Below, piece after piece: positions 15,901 through 28,602 of a stretch of DNA of 64,000 nt; the stretch's first letter is position 1, and each line of letters opens with the position of its first letter. A program made the position numbers and the translations under genes. This DNA is from the human T2T-CHM13v2.0 reference genome, Homo sapiens. Location of the stretch: NCBI RefSeq assembly GCF_009914755.1, contig NC_060932.1. The stretch is one strand, 5' to 3'. The notes below the pieces were generated by a model. That model searched no databases. It saw nothing but the letters and a program-made list of their open reading frames with translations, and was not told the DNA's origin.

Positions 15901-18900
15901 GTATGAATTATCAACTATGAATTTCCCAAAGTCCTAGAAGTTATGGAGGTGGATGAAGAACTAATCAAGCATGATGCTCTAAACTGCTTATAACCCTCCC
16001 TTCTTTACCTTCTTTCTTCCCATACTCCTCCTTGACCTACTCTTCCTCCCATCTTTTCCTTTTTCTTACATTTACTGTTCAAAATAGGAATAATGACTCC
16101 TTCTTAATGTGCTTACAAATCCTGTATTTTTGATGAGTATTGCCACATTAAAGTATAATACATAATACATTTTAAATAGAAAATAAGCTCAAAGGAGATT
16201 TTGCAGAGACTGTAATGAATCTCGTTATTCTTAAAAGTTATCAAATGTCTAATGTTTGTCCTGACATTTTCAAGCAGAGTTCATCACAAATGGGTCCTTC
16301 CTTGTGCGTTTTTACGAAAAAGAACATATACACTGTCCTTCCTCATTTCAATGATAAAAGCTGAATATTCCAAATGCCCACTATTCTTCACTCTGTATAT
16401 CACCAGCATGAAGCATGGGTTTGTGTTTTGGACTTCCCTGTTTCTAAATCAACCAAAGAAAGATTCAGGACATGATTCCATAAAGGCAACCACTGAGAAC
16501 AGTGAAGCCCATTATTTCTCCTCCCACTGCAGGCCGAGGTCACCATCCCTGTCATTAGCCATGTCATAACATAATTGTATTACTACTCCTTATGTGGGCA
16601 GATACTGAGCAATAACTGAACACATCACATCGTTGTAAAAATGAAAAAGTACCACTTCTTTGTCCTATCTTAGCATAAAACCAGTGAAAACAATCTTTGG
16701 AAATGACGCTGCACTAAGAAACTGAAAAGAACTGTTATTACTCTGTAGGTATATATTTAAACTGATGATCTGACATCTTTAACTAGAATAGAAAACAAGA
16801 CTATATCACTACAGAACTCCAATTGTAAGCTCATTTAATCCAATTTATTTTGGTAGCATTCAGCTCAATTAAGGGATACAATGTTACTTAAAATAGTCTA
16901 ATTAGATGAAACTCCACTATGGTACTCATCTTTCAATGTCTGAAATATAACCATGCATTAGGCTGCAAGAGGTGAATACTGTTAACTCCAGCCTCCATGT
17001 GTCTGTCCAGTCTATGAGCTACACTGCTATTTCCAACACTGACCTATATACAGCAACATGCCATCCGTTCTGGCTGTTTGTGTAAGAGATGCCTCACACA
17101 CTTGCCTTAACCAACATCATTCGCATTGTTCCCACAATGGGCTATGTGAAAATGGAGGCTACTTTGCATAGTGATATGTTCATAACGTGTATTAGTCTTA
17201 CAGTAGAGCAATACTAGATTAAACCGTTTCCAAAAATGCCTCCTCCAGAGTTTATTAACTGAAAAATGTAAGTAGCATTTTGGCAATCTATAGAGCAGCA
17301 GTGCCGGAAAGTGTCAGCAGAGTAAAACAATCACATTTTAGTTTAGAAAGCTTCAGGAAGAGAATATTCATTTTCTCCATTAGAGTCTCTTCTGACATTG
17401 AAAAAAATGTCACCGGGAAACTGTAGCTACAGTTGTAGGATTCTAAAGCACAGATAGATACTGGTTCCGCTGGGATTTAGCACACCAACTTTAAATAAGC
17501 AAAGTGTTGACAGGTTTAAAATAAAGATAATTAGTAATTTATGATCTTATCACCCTATTAAAAACAAATCACCTGACAAACTGACTGCTATTTGTAGTAA
17601 GCTACATATTCATTACGCCTCCGAAGGAAGCAAGATTTACTTTGCAGTATTGTTCTTTTGGGGATGTCTGATCCAACTTGTTTTAATAAATGTAGGCACA
17701 GATTTCTTACTTCACCTTTTCCAAACTTCTGTCCTTCTTCCATTTCCCTGCAAATCCACTCATGTCATTGCAAAAACAAATGCTAGTTGACTGCATTATG
17801 CACAACTACAATTGTGGAGCTGGACAGAAATTTTGTACCAATGCTAATCATGGTGGAGTGAAAAAACTCAAGTGCCTGGGATTTGTGGGGCCTAGAAAAC
17901 TATCCAGTACATTTAATATAATCGGGACCAGTGACAAATATATCTGATGGACTGCTACACAGAGATGGGCCAGAGATGTCCCTGGAGAAACATTTCCATG
18001 AAGTCTTCTTCCACTATTAGAAACATGTCTTATGACTTTGGATTTTAAAAAATCTATTATTCTCTGGATAAGTTAAATAGAAGACTCGCAACTAGTCTAC
18101 AGAAAGGGTGCCTAATTTGCATTTAAAAAGAACAGTTTGCTTCTTATACACGGGGTGACTTAAAAGGAACTTCAATGAGCTAGTAAAGAAATTCTGAATA
18201 CTTTCTAAATTAATTTATTCAATTCACAGCACAACCCACTAAAATTATTTAAAGCACTTAATTGGAAAATGATTTAATATATTGAAGTAATTCCTGATTT
18301 TCCAAAGCATTTAACTTTTAAATTAAATCTGACCCTACTTATCACAAGAACGAGGAGTGAAATGTGTATCCAAGTCATTAACTTCTTTTTGGGGCCTAAA
18401 ATCACTGATAAACTTAATAAGATTTGTCCAGTCTCATTGCCAAAATAGTTCTGAGCTTTTGGTTCCGGTAACTACAGTGGAATAAGTCTTTACTCTCCAA
18501 GATAGGGCTGCAACTTTATTATTTTTTATTAGCAATAGTATTGGTGTCATAAGCAAAATAAAACGTAACACAATACTTGAGTGTACAGACAAAACAGATT
18601 TTAGACTAAAAGAACTATGTCACCAGCAAATAATGAAACTTCATCACACAAACTCCTATGCGCTTGCCAAAGTTCCCCGTACCTTTCAACTTGCCCGTAG
18701 CTGAAGGGCTCCCTGTACAATGGAAGCCCTTCTGCCTTGCTCAAGACTGGATGTCCCTCTTTTCTAACTTGCCTAAACACCATCGGCACACAGCACAGTC
18801 CTTTGAGTGGGTCTCACACTGGACACAGCATCGAGGAGCTTCTCCACGGGGAAGTGTGTGTGTGAGAGCCTGCCTGTGTGTCAACACTGTCCAAGACTCG

Positions 18901-20208
18901 GAGCTGCGACTCGGTCGCGTGGTGCGGAGTCCAGGGCTGAGAAGGCAGCGCACTAAATATCTCTGTATCAGGTAAAAAAGCCGTTTGGTGATGACTCGCC
19001 ACCAGGCAAATGTTGGGAGTCCCAACGATTTTTCCCGTGGAATGCACCGAGGGTCGCCATGGATGTGCCTGCAGGGGCTGTGAGTATCAGGCAGATTTAT
19101 CACCAAGCGAGAGTTGGGCGTCTAAAAGGCCCGCCCAGCGTTTTAGAGAACTCAATTCTCTCTGCCAACGTTCATCCAACGGGACTGCTTAGACACGTCC
19201 AACTAGCCCTAGGCGTGGGCAGTCGTGCCCCTGCGACCACTCTGGGGGACCGGTCCCTGCGTGTCCTCCCTCTCTGGGATGAGAGAGTTCGAGAAGCCGG
19301 GAGAGTAACCCCCTCCCTCGTACCCCCTGACTGTCCTATAGGTGGACCCAGCCGAACTCCGCAGCAGCCCAGGCCAGCGCCCCACCTCCGGGTCACCGGC
19401 ATGATCCGCCTCTCCCCGGGCCCCCGCGGCCCTGGCACCCGAGGTCAGCGGGCCGTGGGTACAGCTCAGCCGCGGACCCTGCTCCGCGAGTGCGGGAGCT
19501 TTGGACTTGAACGCGACGTGCTCGCCCGGCTCCCAACAAACTTGCAATTTCCGCGCGCACCCCTTAAACAGGAACTGTTCCCCAAACCTTGACCCAGCTA
19601 CCCCGCTGTGCTCTGGCCCGCGGACCTGTGTCCGAACCCGGGCTCGGCTGCCGGAACCGGTTTGAGAAAACAAAAGAGTTGTGGGGCAGTTTTCCCTGTG
19701 GGGGGCAGGGGCGCCTCCCAGGTCCCTGCACCCCGACTCCCGGCTGCTCCCCTGGCAACTAATCCGGAGAAGGGAAGTGGTGCCACGAGCCCCCACTGCC
19801 CGGGGAGGGAGGGAGAGAGAAGGGGGAACTGGGAAATAAACTGAATTCTCTTACTCTGCCTCCGTTCCTGGACCCCAGACACACCCCCAAAGTATTCCAC
19901 GGTTTTCTCTTATTATTTTTTTAAACGCCCCCCGGCAAACCTAGGCAGGGATCCTTAGCCGCGAACAGCAGGAAGGAAAGAATCCGAGCAAATCGTGTCA
20001 CTTTCCGCACAATCGCGGTGTTTGGCAAGCCCCCGGAGCTACTCCACAATATTTACTACCCAAGCGCACGCAGGCTGCAGCGGGCTGCGAGCCGAGCGCG
20101 CCCGGGACCGGCCTCCGCCAAGCCGGCCCCGCCGCGGCCCGGCCACCGCCGCTCCCCTCCCAGGATCAAGCAGCAAGAACACGGTGGAAACAAAAGCAGA
20201 GCGTTCAC

Positions 20209-20310
20209 CTTGTTGCAATAGTAGGGGTCCAGGCAGGGAGAAGGTCCCAGACAGGGAGCGTCGGGCGCAGCGGCGGGCTGGGCTGGAGGTGGATAAAATC
20301 TTACGTCCAT
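20209..20310 (-). CDS. TOX: TOX coding exon 1 (aa 1-34) of the thymocyte selection-associated HMG-box transcription factor
   Basis: Translation MDVRFYPPPAQPAAAPDAPCLGPSPCLDPYYCNK matches the human TOX N-terminus as I recall it; strong Kozak gaaATGG at 20310; 102 nt ending at phase-0 donor AAG|GTGAAC; lies in a CpG island. Confidence 0.96.
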
Positions 20311-20530
20311 TTCACTCTCACATCAAGCAACTCCTTTTCTTTTTCCTTTTTTAAAAAAAAGTGTTCAGCAAAACAAGCTTAGACGGAACAGAGTGAGGTG
20401 TCTGGGCTCAGGAGTAAAAGAAACACCTTCCTTCCCTCACATCCGTTTGTGGTTTGTTTAAGAAGAAGAGGAAAAAAAAAAAAAAGAGGGGGGAAAAGCG
20501 CTCAACTCTCCCCCAAGCCGCGGCGCGCAC
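20311..20530 (-). other. TOX: TOX 5' UTR (upstream limit/TSS approximate, ~20470-20530)
   Basis: Contiguous with the start codon; pyrimidine-rich on the minus strand; exact TSS cannot be read from sequence. Confidence 0.7.
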
Positions 20531-20539
20531 CCGTCGGCG

Positions 20540-22475
20540 CCGAGCGCGCAGCCTGCTCCACCGCCGCCTCTTGGTCCCGCCGCCGCCGCTGCCGCCGCCG
20601 CCGGGCAGGTAACTTCATGCGCTCATTGTCCCCCCCGCCCGCCCCCCCATCCCCGCCTCCCGCGCCCCTCGCAGCCCGGCACACGCGCTCGGGCTCTAGG
20701 TACTGGGCGTTTTATTGGAGATTCTGAGTTGTTCTGCTTGTAGTTTATTTTCTCCACCTTGGAGGCCCGGGATGTGGGGGGTGGGGGGGTGGGGCGGGGA
20801 TCCAGAAGGGACAGGGCGGGAGGGGGGCGAGCGTCCCGGGCCGGGCGGGGTAGGGAGCGCGGCCGGACGCGGGCTCGTCAAGGCCCAATGGCTGCTGTTC
20901 GGAACCAGAGGCCGGGGACCGGAGAAAGGAGGAGCGGAGAAGGAGAAGGAGGAGAGCACGGCCTGGCTGGGACAGAAGCGGTGGGACCCTGGGAGGCCTC
21001 CGCTGTGCCCGTGCCGCGCTCCTCGGGACCAGCGCGTCGCACACAAAGGGGCTGCCGAGCCAGAGCCACCAGCGGCCTCAGGGCACCGTGGGGAGCGCGC
21101 AGCTAGGGGGCGCTGTGGCGCACCCCGCCCCGCAGCCCCGCCCCCGGCCCTCCCCGGCCCCACCCCACTCCCACCGCCCTCTCCGCGGCCGTCCCCACCC
21201 CTATCTCCGCGACCCCCACTCCTCCTCGGCTGTTCCCCAACCCTGTCACTGTGCTCCCCTCCCTACTCCCGGCCCGTAGTGGAGGTGACTTTCCTGCGCA
21301 GCGCCGCTTCTGAGGGCGGAGAACCCACAGGGAGTGCGACCCCTTTGCACGCTGTGAGTGGGCAACTGTCCGAGGGACTCGAGCCGATCGAAGGGTGAGG
21401 ACCAGCTCGCCTGGGGGTGGACGGCCTGGAAAAGCCGCCCCTCTTTGGCTTCCCTCTGCCGCCTGCAGCCCGCACCCCTCCGAGATTCGTGCCCCACTGG
21501 ACGGTTTGCGAAGGCTGAGGCTGCCTTGGGGACTCACAAAAGACCACAGGGGTGATTCGAAGTGTAAATAGGGAAACAATCATCAGCACACAATCCGGCT
21601 AAAGGGATAACATATGAGTTTGCTTGTTGTCCTTCATGGGATTCTTCTCTTTTTATAGCTGGACGCCCTATAGGGCTCTTGGCAGTCCACGAAAGACCTG
21701 GAGTCCGCCTCCCCATTTCTCCGGTCGGTGAGTGGCAGGAGGAAATCGCCAAACATGTTTTCCCGCTTTGCCTCCCCAACTCGGAAACTTGCAACTTGCC
21801 GTGTCCTGGAGGTTGAGACAATTTGGGGTCTCTTGGCTGCCGTCCAACAGATTTATCTCTGAGGGCAGTGTCCTTGGTGAGAGGTCCAAGTAGGTGTGGG
21901 CGACATTGTCCTCCATCTCATGAGGGAGCAGCCCTGCACACTAGGGCCCAAAACTCTGCGAAGGAGCTTGGAAGTTCTTCATCCGTTCCACTTGTTTTGC
22001 TACTCCACACACCCTTCTAGGACATGTTGATTGCCAACTGCTCTGTGCAGCTTTCCCATAGCTGTCTGTTCCCGTGCATTTCGGAGCACCAAGCAAATAC
22101 GAGCAGAGAGACCTGGAAAAAAAAATGATGAAGACAGTATTAATGATAAAATTAACATGGCTGAGTGAATTGTCAATGCAAGTTCCTTTACTAACTCTTT
22201 GTTAAGTTTTGCTTTGTACTCCTTACATCCTCTTTCTCTTAAGCCATTGTTTTAATTTCTTCTCGTTATCATTTTTAAAAGTAACAGAAATACAGCTTTC
22301 TTCCTACCTTCACGATTGACTTGGTGGAGGTTGGGTTGCAAAGAGGAAGCAGTAAGAAAAAATAATTATTCTATACATTCACAAGTCCTTCAAGGCACAA
22401 AATAAAAGTAAGAAATAGAAAATATGTCCTTTCTCCTAATAAAGGTCTTTATAATAAAATTTAAATGAAGTTTTG
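20540..22475 (+). ncRNA. TOX-DT: Divergent lncRNA (TOX-DT-like); predicted exons ~20540-20608, 21659-21727, 22021-~22470
   Basis: Donor CAG|GTAACT (20608/9); acceptor TTCTTCTCTTTTTATAG| (21658); donor TCG|GTGAGT (21727/8); acceptor CCCTTCTAG| (22020); AATAAA at 22401, 22438, 22453 then GU-rich tract 22470-22480. A TOX divergent transcript is known; the exon model is my inference. Confidence 0.6.
20577..20603. repeat. (CCG)4 CTG (CCG)4 interrupted triplet repeat
   Basis: Read directly. Confidence 0.9.
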
Positions 22476-22480
22476 TGTTT
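22438..22480 (+). terminator. Candidate polyadenylation signal of the divergent transcript
   Basis: AATAAA 22438-22443 and 22453-22458 followed by GTTTTGTGTTT. Confidence 0.45.
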
Positions 22481-23354
22481 CATAACAGCTTCCCAAATAC
22501 TGTTGTAGATACTAAAATGTGCCTGTATGTATTTCCTTCCACAATAATAATAGTAATAATAAACTTTTTTAGGTCCAAATTAAACATTTCTCAGCTTAAA
22601 TTTCTATCCTCAATCCAACATTTATTATATCAAAACTTGATTTTTAAAAATAAAACTTTCTTGGAATTCATCATTGATGTCTGTTTGATGGCCTCGTGAA
22701 CATCAGGAAGATGAAATGAAATGGTTCAAGACTGGAACAATACCATTATCTGCATCTTGACTCCTGGGAGATAATGATATCTCCTGCTTTCCTCTACAGA
22801 CCTACCAGTTTTCTCTGCTTTAAGGGAAAATCCAAATGCATGAGACCTGTGCATTCTTCTACATAATCAAGAGTCTGGTTTCTTCCATCGGAGTGTATGG
22901 AGTTAAAGTGGTATACTGTACATGGCATGGTGTGATAGGTGGGAATATGAGCTACTGGGGGAAAAAGTTCTTACTTCTAGCCACTTATACAAAGAGAGGC
23001 CATCTCAGTGTAATCTGAAAAAATGCTCACTTTATAATGCTGTATCCAAGGCCCATCAAAAACTAAATGGATGTATTTGTACTAAAAGTTGGGGAAAGTT
23101 GAATATCTAAACCTCTGAGCAAATCTTTCTTAATTTAGAAAATAAAATAGAGCATCATTGTAATACTTTTCAGTTTCCTGGACATTCAACTCCACATCAT
23201 GGATAAATAAAATAGTTATTTGTCCATTCACTCATTCATTTGTACATTAATCAACAGAGAGAGTGGTGAAAAACACTAATGCTTTGTATTATTTATAGGT
23301 TTAAAATACAAAACAAATTACTTAAAATGGTTCCTGCTCTAGATGTAGTCTTTC

Positions 23355-23535
23355 AGAGTAGTATTTTCCAAACTAGTCTGGTCAGTGAAGTCATCTTAGC
23401 AGTTTAGAAAAATACTCATGCCAGAGCCCCACACGCACAGATTCTGATTCAGTTCTTTTCAGGTAGGGCCTGAGCACAGGAATTTTTAAAAGCTCTCCAG
23501 TGGCTTTAATTTTCAGAAAAGATTGAGAACCACTG
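23355..23535. mobile_element. MER5-family hAT-Charlie MITE
   Basis: 'cagattctgattcagt...ggtagggcctgag...tttttaaaagctctccag...ttgagaaccactg'. Confidence 0.75.
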
Positions 23536-25499
23536 GCCTAAAAGGAAAGATAAGGTAGTCTAGAAGGAAAGAGTCCTTAACAAAGGAAATGTTAAAAGTA
23601 TGAAATTTTAGTAGATAGGCTGGATTGTCATTTTGTGTTGATCCCCATAAGAGGACATTGAGGATCACCACTCCCAAAACCTCATCACCTACGCTGCCTT
23701 TTAGAGATGGAGTTGGCAATTTGCCCATTTACTGTCAGTAAACTTGCATGACTTGTAAAGGTCCAGGTTACAGTTTATTCACCTGACCTAGGAACTTTAT
23801 GTACTCTAGTTACCAGAAAATGAGTGCCTGTAAACAAAACGTGTCTTTACCAGTGCTGATGTAATGCTATCAGTACCTACTTGTGAAATGCCTACTATAT
23901 CGTGGACCTGGTCCTAATTTCTTTACATTGAATTTCGCAGTCTTATTTAATTTTCCAGATTACTTTGGAAAGCCTCATCAGTAATTACAAACCACACGGA
24001 GCATTTGATTTTGTTCCCTCAACATTGCCCATCTTCACTTTAATTATAGTTTCACAAATTGTTACGTTTTCAAATTTATACTTGTTTTCAGTGACCACAT
24101 TTTATGTCTACTGATTCTTTGTATTATGTAGGTTAAGTCCTAAATCTTGTAGTAATGTCTCCAAATCACATACAGAATGTGTTACTTTGGGGAAAATAGC
24201 TTTTAGACAGTTAATCCTATCTGTGATTTACAAGAGTCTTATAAAAATTATTCAACAAACCATGGTACTTCCTGGCAGGCATTCTTTGCTAGATTTTGGA
24301 GTTAGTTTTTCTTCAAGGGTTGAAGCCCTCTATAGATGCACATGAGAATGAAATGTCATATAGAGGGGTTGATTTTGAAATGCCAGATATTAAAACTAAA
24401 ATCAAAGCCTGCCGTATTGTATAACTAAATTAATATTTAGCCCTTCACTGGCCTTTCTGATTTATGGGCTAGTTTTCCAGTGACAGCTGATGTCGCAATA
24501 TTTCTAGGGAAAAGAAAGCCTCATTCTTTTAAAATACCATTCATTTTATACCTCATATGGCCCACCTAGGATTTTAAGCCCTCATTGGACATGTGTATAC
24601 CCAATGAGGTTACATGGTGAAGTAGCTATTTGTTTCCTTAGAATCTAGCCAATCCTGAGTGCTATACATTTTAAATTCAAAAGGACATCATTAATGGTTT
24701 TCATGGGAAATGTTTACATGTTCTCAATTTACCAGTTAGCATTTACTGTTGTCCAGGGTTATTTAACATTTTTCTAAAGTAATTTAAATGTAAAATGGAA
24801 TGATATGCAATAAGTAATATCTTTCAATGGAAGAATGCAGAGTACTGAAGTTTATTTCCTGGGGAGACTAGTGAGAAATGACTAGATTGTAAGTCTTTCT
24901 ACCAGAAAATAAAGGATTTCAGAATGATGAGGAAAGTTTGAGGGAAATGAAACAGGTCCACAGATAGCTCACATGGTACTAAATGACTCATAAAATGCAG
25001 TATTTTTTACATAATTTGGGAAGTGTGCCATGCTTGTACATCTCACCATTGAGTGTGGTACAGTACTTTGATCTTCAACAATACACAACATTTGTGACAT
25101 AATAGCTATAATAGGACTATTCAGCTATTTTACACGGCAATAATCCAGTCCTCTCTCATCAGGATAAACTATGAGGACAAATCCTTTCAAAATCAGAATT
25201 AGTTCCTTGTAGAAGAGTGAGGCTACAATTATCCCTTAAATAGGAGCAGCTGCAACATGGTATCGGCCTGGAGCATGGCAGTGAAGTGTTTTTCCAATGC
25301 AATTAAATGGATTTTTTAATGCAAACTAATATTCTATAAAAAGTCAATTGGTAGGGGAGTAAGTGTGGAATTGCTGAGATGAAAGAAACAATCATTTTGC
25401 TTACCTGAGTTAATATTCCTGCCTTAGTAAATGATATTTTGGTAAGAATGGATAATCAAGGCTCATATTTTCCTGTGAAGTGGGGCCCAAAAGAAAACC

Positions 25500-26240
25500 A
25501 GAGTAATACAAAGGAAAGATAATTCTGGTTTATTTGTACACTCTACATCTTATTTTGAAATGGATTCACAGCCATATTTTGATATTGTTTTTCAAAATGG
25601 TATGATGAGTGAACAGCAACATTTCAATTTAAACAGCAAAGGTAATACTGTGGTGGAAAAATATAAAGAGAGCTCACAGGACCTATATTAGTCAGTGCCC
25701 ACATCGAGAATGAGACAAAGAGGAATGGGAACTTAAATTTCTTACCACAGAGATGATTAAAGGATCAGAAAATAAGACCTTTAAGAAAGATTAAAGGACC
25801 TGTCTAGGGAGAACAATACTGAGAGGCAATGTAATGTCTTCAAATCGTATATATCCAGAGCTCGTTCACAAGCAACAGGGAAAGAACACCTCCACGGAAG
25901 ATATGACATGAGGAATTGGATTTTAATACTAGAACATGGAGGACTAAGCCCACACGAAAAGAATTTTTCCTAGCGTAAGCTTAAATGTATTGCCAAAGGA
26001 GAGGTGTCGGCTCTCAGTAGGACTGATTTAAAAATCTCTGCAAACCAAAGTTTGTGAATTCACCTGCACATCCACTGACACCCTTCTTGAGTATGCTTTC
26101 CTTATATAAGATCGAGTGGGCTGATAGTTTGAACTTAGCTCTGATTATCTAAAAGACATATACTCATAAATTTTGGATAACATATAGGGAAGTTCAGCCA
26201 GATGTGAGCTAAATAATCTCTTACAGTTCTTTGAAGTCAA
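25500..26240 (+). mobile_element. L3/CR1 3' fragments (very old)
   Basis: 'gaaagattaaaggacctg...ctgagaggcaatgtaatgtcttcaaat' resembles the CR1/L3 ORF2 end. Confidence 0.45.
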
Positions 26241-26934
26241 TAAATGCTTCCCTTTATATTATGACTTGTTGATGAATATTTTCAAGGACTTTCGTTACAC
26301 AGAAAAATAACACATCTGATTTTGCAGGCAAAATTTAAGATATGACATAAAACTAAAAATCAAAATAACACATTTCTAGAGTGTTACATTAGTAAAAGGA
26401 TAGTCTCACATGATAGGGATGGTCTTTTAGGATGACCTCAGAGCCAAAAACAAAAGGAGTCCTCCTGCCTTACTATCATATATTTTAAGGCATGGCATTC
26501 ACTAAGTCAAAATTCACACATTTTTCAGATAAGAAATACCCCAGATTCCCAATCAGGCTGATGGCCGTTGCTGAATTCCGAATTCTCCCATGAAATCTTC
26601 CAGGGTTGTGTGGGTAAATGTGACTTTGCACCCTCCCCCTACCCGATCTCCCCCAGGAATAGGTACTGTTTCCTTCCACTAAAAATCCACTTATGCTTGA
26701 CCTTTACATAATGTGATTAGCTATCTACCCATGTATTGTTTTAATGTTTCCATTTTATTCCTAATGGCTTTTGAATATGCCTGTCTCTATTAATGTGTTT
26801 GATACTGATTATAGGCTCCTAGAGAGAAGGGGCAGAATCTCTTTGAACCTGACTTTGAATCTCTTCAATAGGATATATGACCCCATGTATCATCAGTTCC
26901 TTAAATATTACTCTTTGCAAGAAGATGACCTCTT

Positions 26935-27318
26935 CTGAATTGTGTCTCTCCCAAATTCAATTCACCTGTTGAGGCTCCAACTCTGACGTGATAGTATCTG
27001 GAGACGGGTCTTTGATAATTAGGTATAGACGAGGTCATGAAGATGAGGCCGCCAGGCTGGAATTAGTGCCCTTATAAGAAAAGATACCAGAGAGATTGCT
27101 GTCTCCCTCCCTGATATGTGAAAACACAGAAGGTGGCTGTCTACAAGTTACGAAGAGGGCCCACCCCAGAAACATGTGATGCTGACACCTTGATCTTGGA
27201 TTTTCAGGCTCCAGGACTGTAGGAAAATAAATTCCTGTGACTTCCAGCCTCCAGGACTATGAGAAAAATAAATTTGCCCAGTCTATGGTATTTTGTTATA
27301 ACAGCCCAAGCTAAGACA
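26935..27318 (+). mobile_element. MLT1A-like MaLR LTR with internal ~40-bp tandem duplication (27199-27275)
   Basis: 'attagtgcccttataaga...gctgacaccttgatcttgga...cccagtctatggtattttgttata...ctaagaca'. Confidence 0.8.
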
Positions 27319-28176
27319 ACAACTTAGCAATCTTTTTCTTGGTCTCAGCCAGAGTTAATTTAGGATGCTACTGATGCAGATTCAAGGTATAACAGTATAT
27401 AATCACTTCCACTGCATTAAGACAGCTTAGGAAGAGTTACAGTAGTCTTATATTCTCTATGTTGCCTCATCTGTATTGTTATAGTTCAATATCACCTTTA
27501 GTTAAAGAAACCATTATTAAGAGTCCTCTGTGTGTCAGGTGCTGTGACTAACAGTATATGTTAGTTGCTGTTGATCCTCCTTTTCTTCCCCTTCCCTTTT
27601 CTGCTCTTGGCTGCCTTACCCATTTATGTTTTCTGTGTCGCCTGTATACACATTTGTAATCTCTAGATTAGAAATTAGTCAGAGAATGAACAGAGAAAAT
27701 AACACTTAAGCCAAGAGAAGAGCATGAACCGAGTCGGAGAGGCTTCAAAAACAAAGAAAAGTTTGGAAACAACCAGATCAATTGAGTATTTGCTATAATT
27801 TTTAAGGTGTTGAGGTGGAAGTAGGAAAAGGACAGATGCAAGAGAACCATGAGAGGAGACGGAGGAGGTTCTGATAGTTGCAATGTTGTCCTTCTAACTG
27901 AAGAGCTGGAACTCTCTGTTGGGGAGTCTTGAAGAGCTTTAATATAGGATCTAACTTTGATATATTTGGATTATAATATTTTATGAACAATGGGATTTTT
28001 CACACACTATTTTCGTTACAGTAAGGATTCCATAAGCAATTGCAGGAACTACTTACTACAGAAAGAGAGAGCAGATACTACTTTTTCCAAAATTCTATAA
28101 ATCTGTTTTAGTAGCTATTGAATGTAAATATACCTAGAAAAATATTGAGTATTGTTACCCTCTGTAATATACCTAT

Positions 28177-28507
<331 letters not shown>

Positions 28508-28602
28508 ATACCTATCTCTTTAGCTTCATATTTTTCCAGCCTCACAATCCCCTTCCTCTCAGCCCCAACCTCAGTATCTTAAAATATAGCAAACTACTTA
28601 AA

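Larger units (their letters stand above)
18900..21900. promoter_or_regulatory. CpG island / bidirectional promoter
   Basis: Abrupt rise in GC and CpG density, GC boxes (GGGGCGGG ~20791, CCCCGCCC ~21123 and ~21136), (CCG)n, spans TOX exon 1. Confidence 0.93.

Noticed and set aside
20056-20310. 84-aa ORF as a complete protein
   Set aside because: Only the first 34 codons match TOX; the rest is intron read-through past the donor
20448-20460. Adjacent RUNX (TGTGGTTT) and forkhead-like (TGTTTA) motifs near the TSS
   Set aside because: Plausible for a T-cell gene but too short to support without binding data
20502-20626. Further minus-strand ATGs (20626 MSA*, 20618 MKLPARRRR...) as TOX uORFs
   Set aside because: Probably upstream of the TOX TSS; cannot be placed in the mRNA from sequence alone
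19059-21589. Long overlapping ORFs (177, 195, 227, 158 aa) in the CpG island
   Set aside because: Expected from stop-codon scarcity in GC-rich DNA; low-complexity Pro/Gly/Arg products in many frames; no recognisable protein
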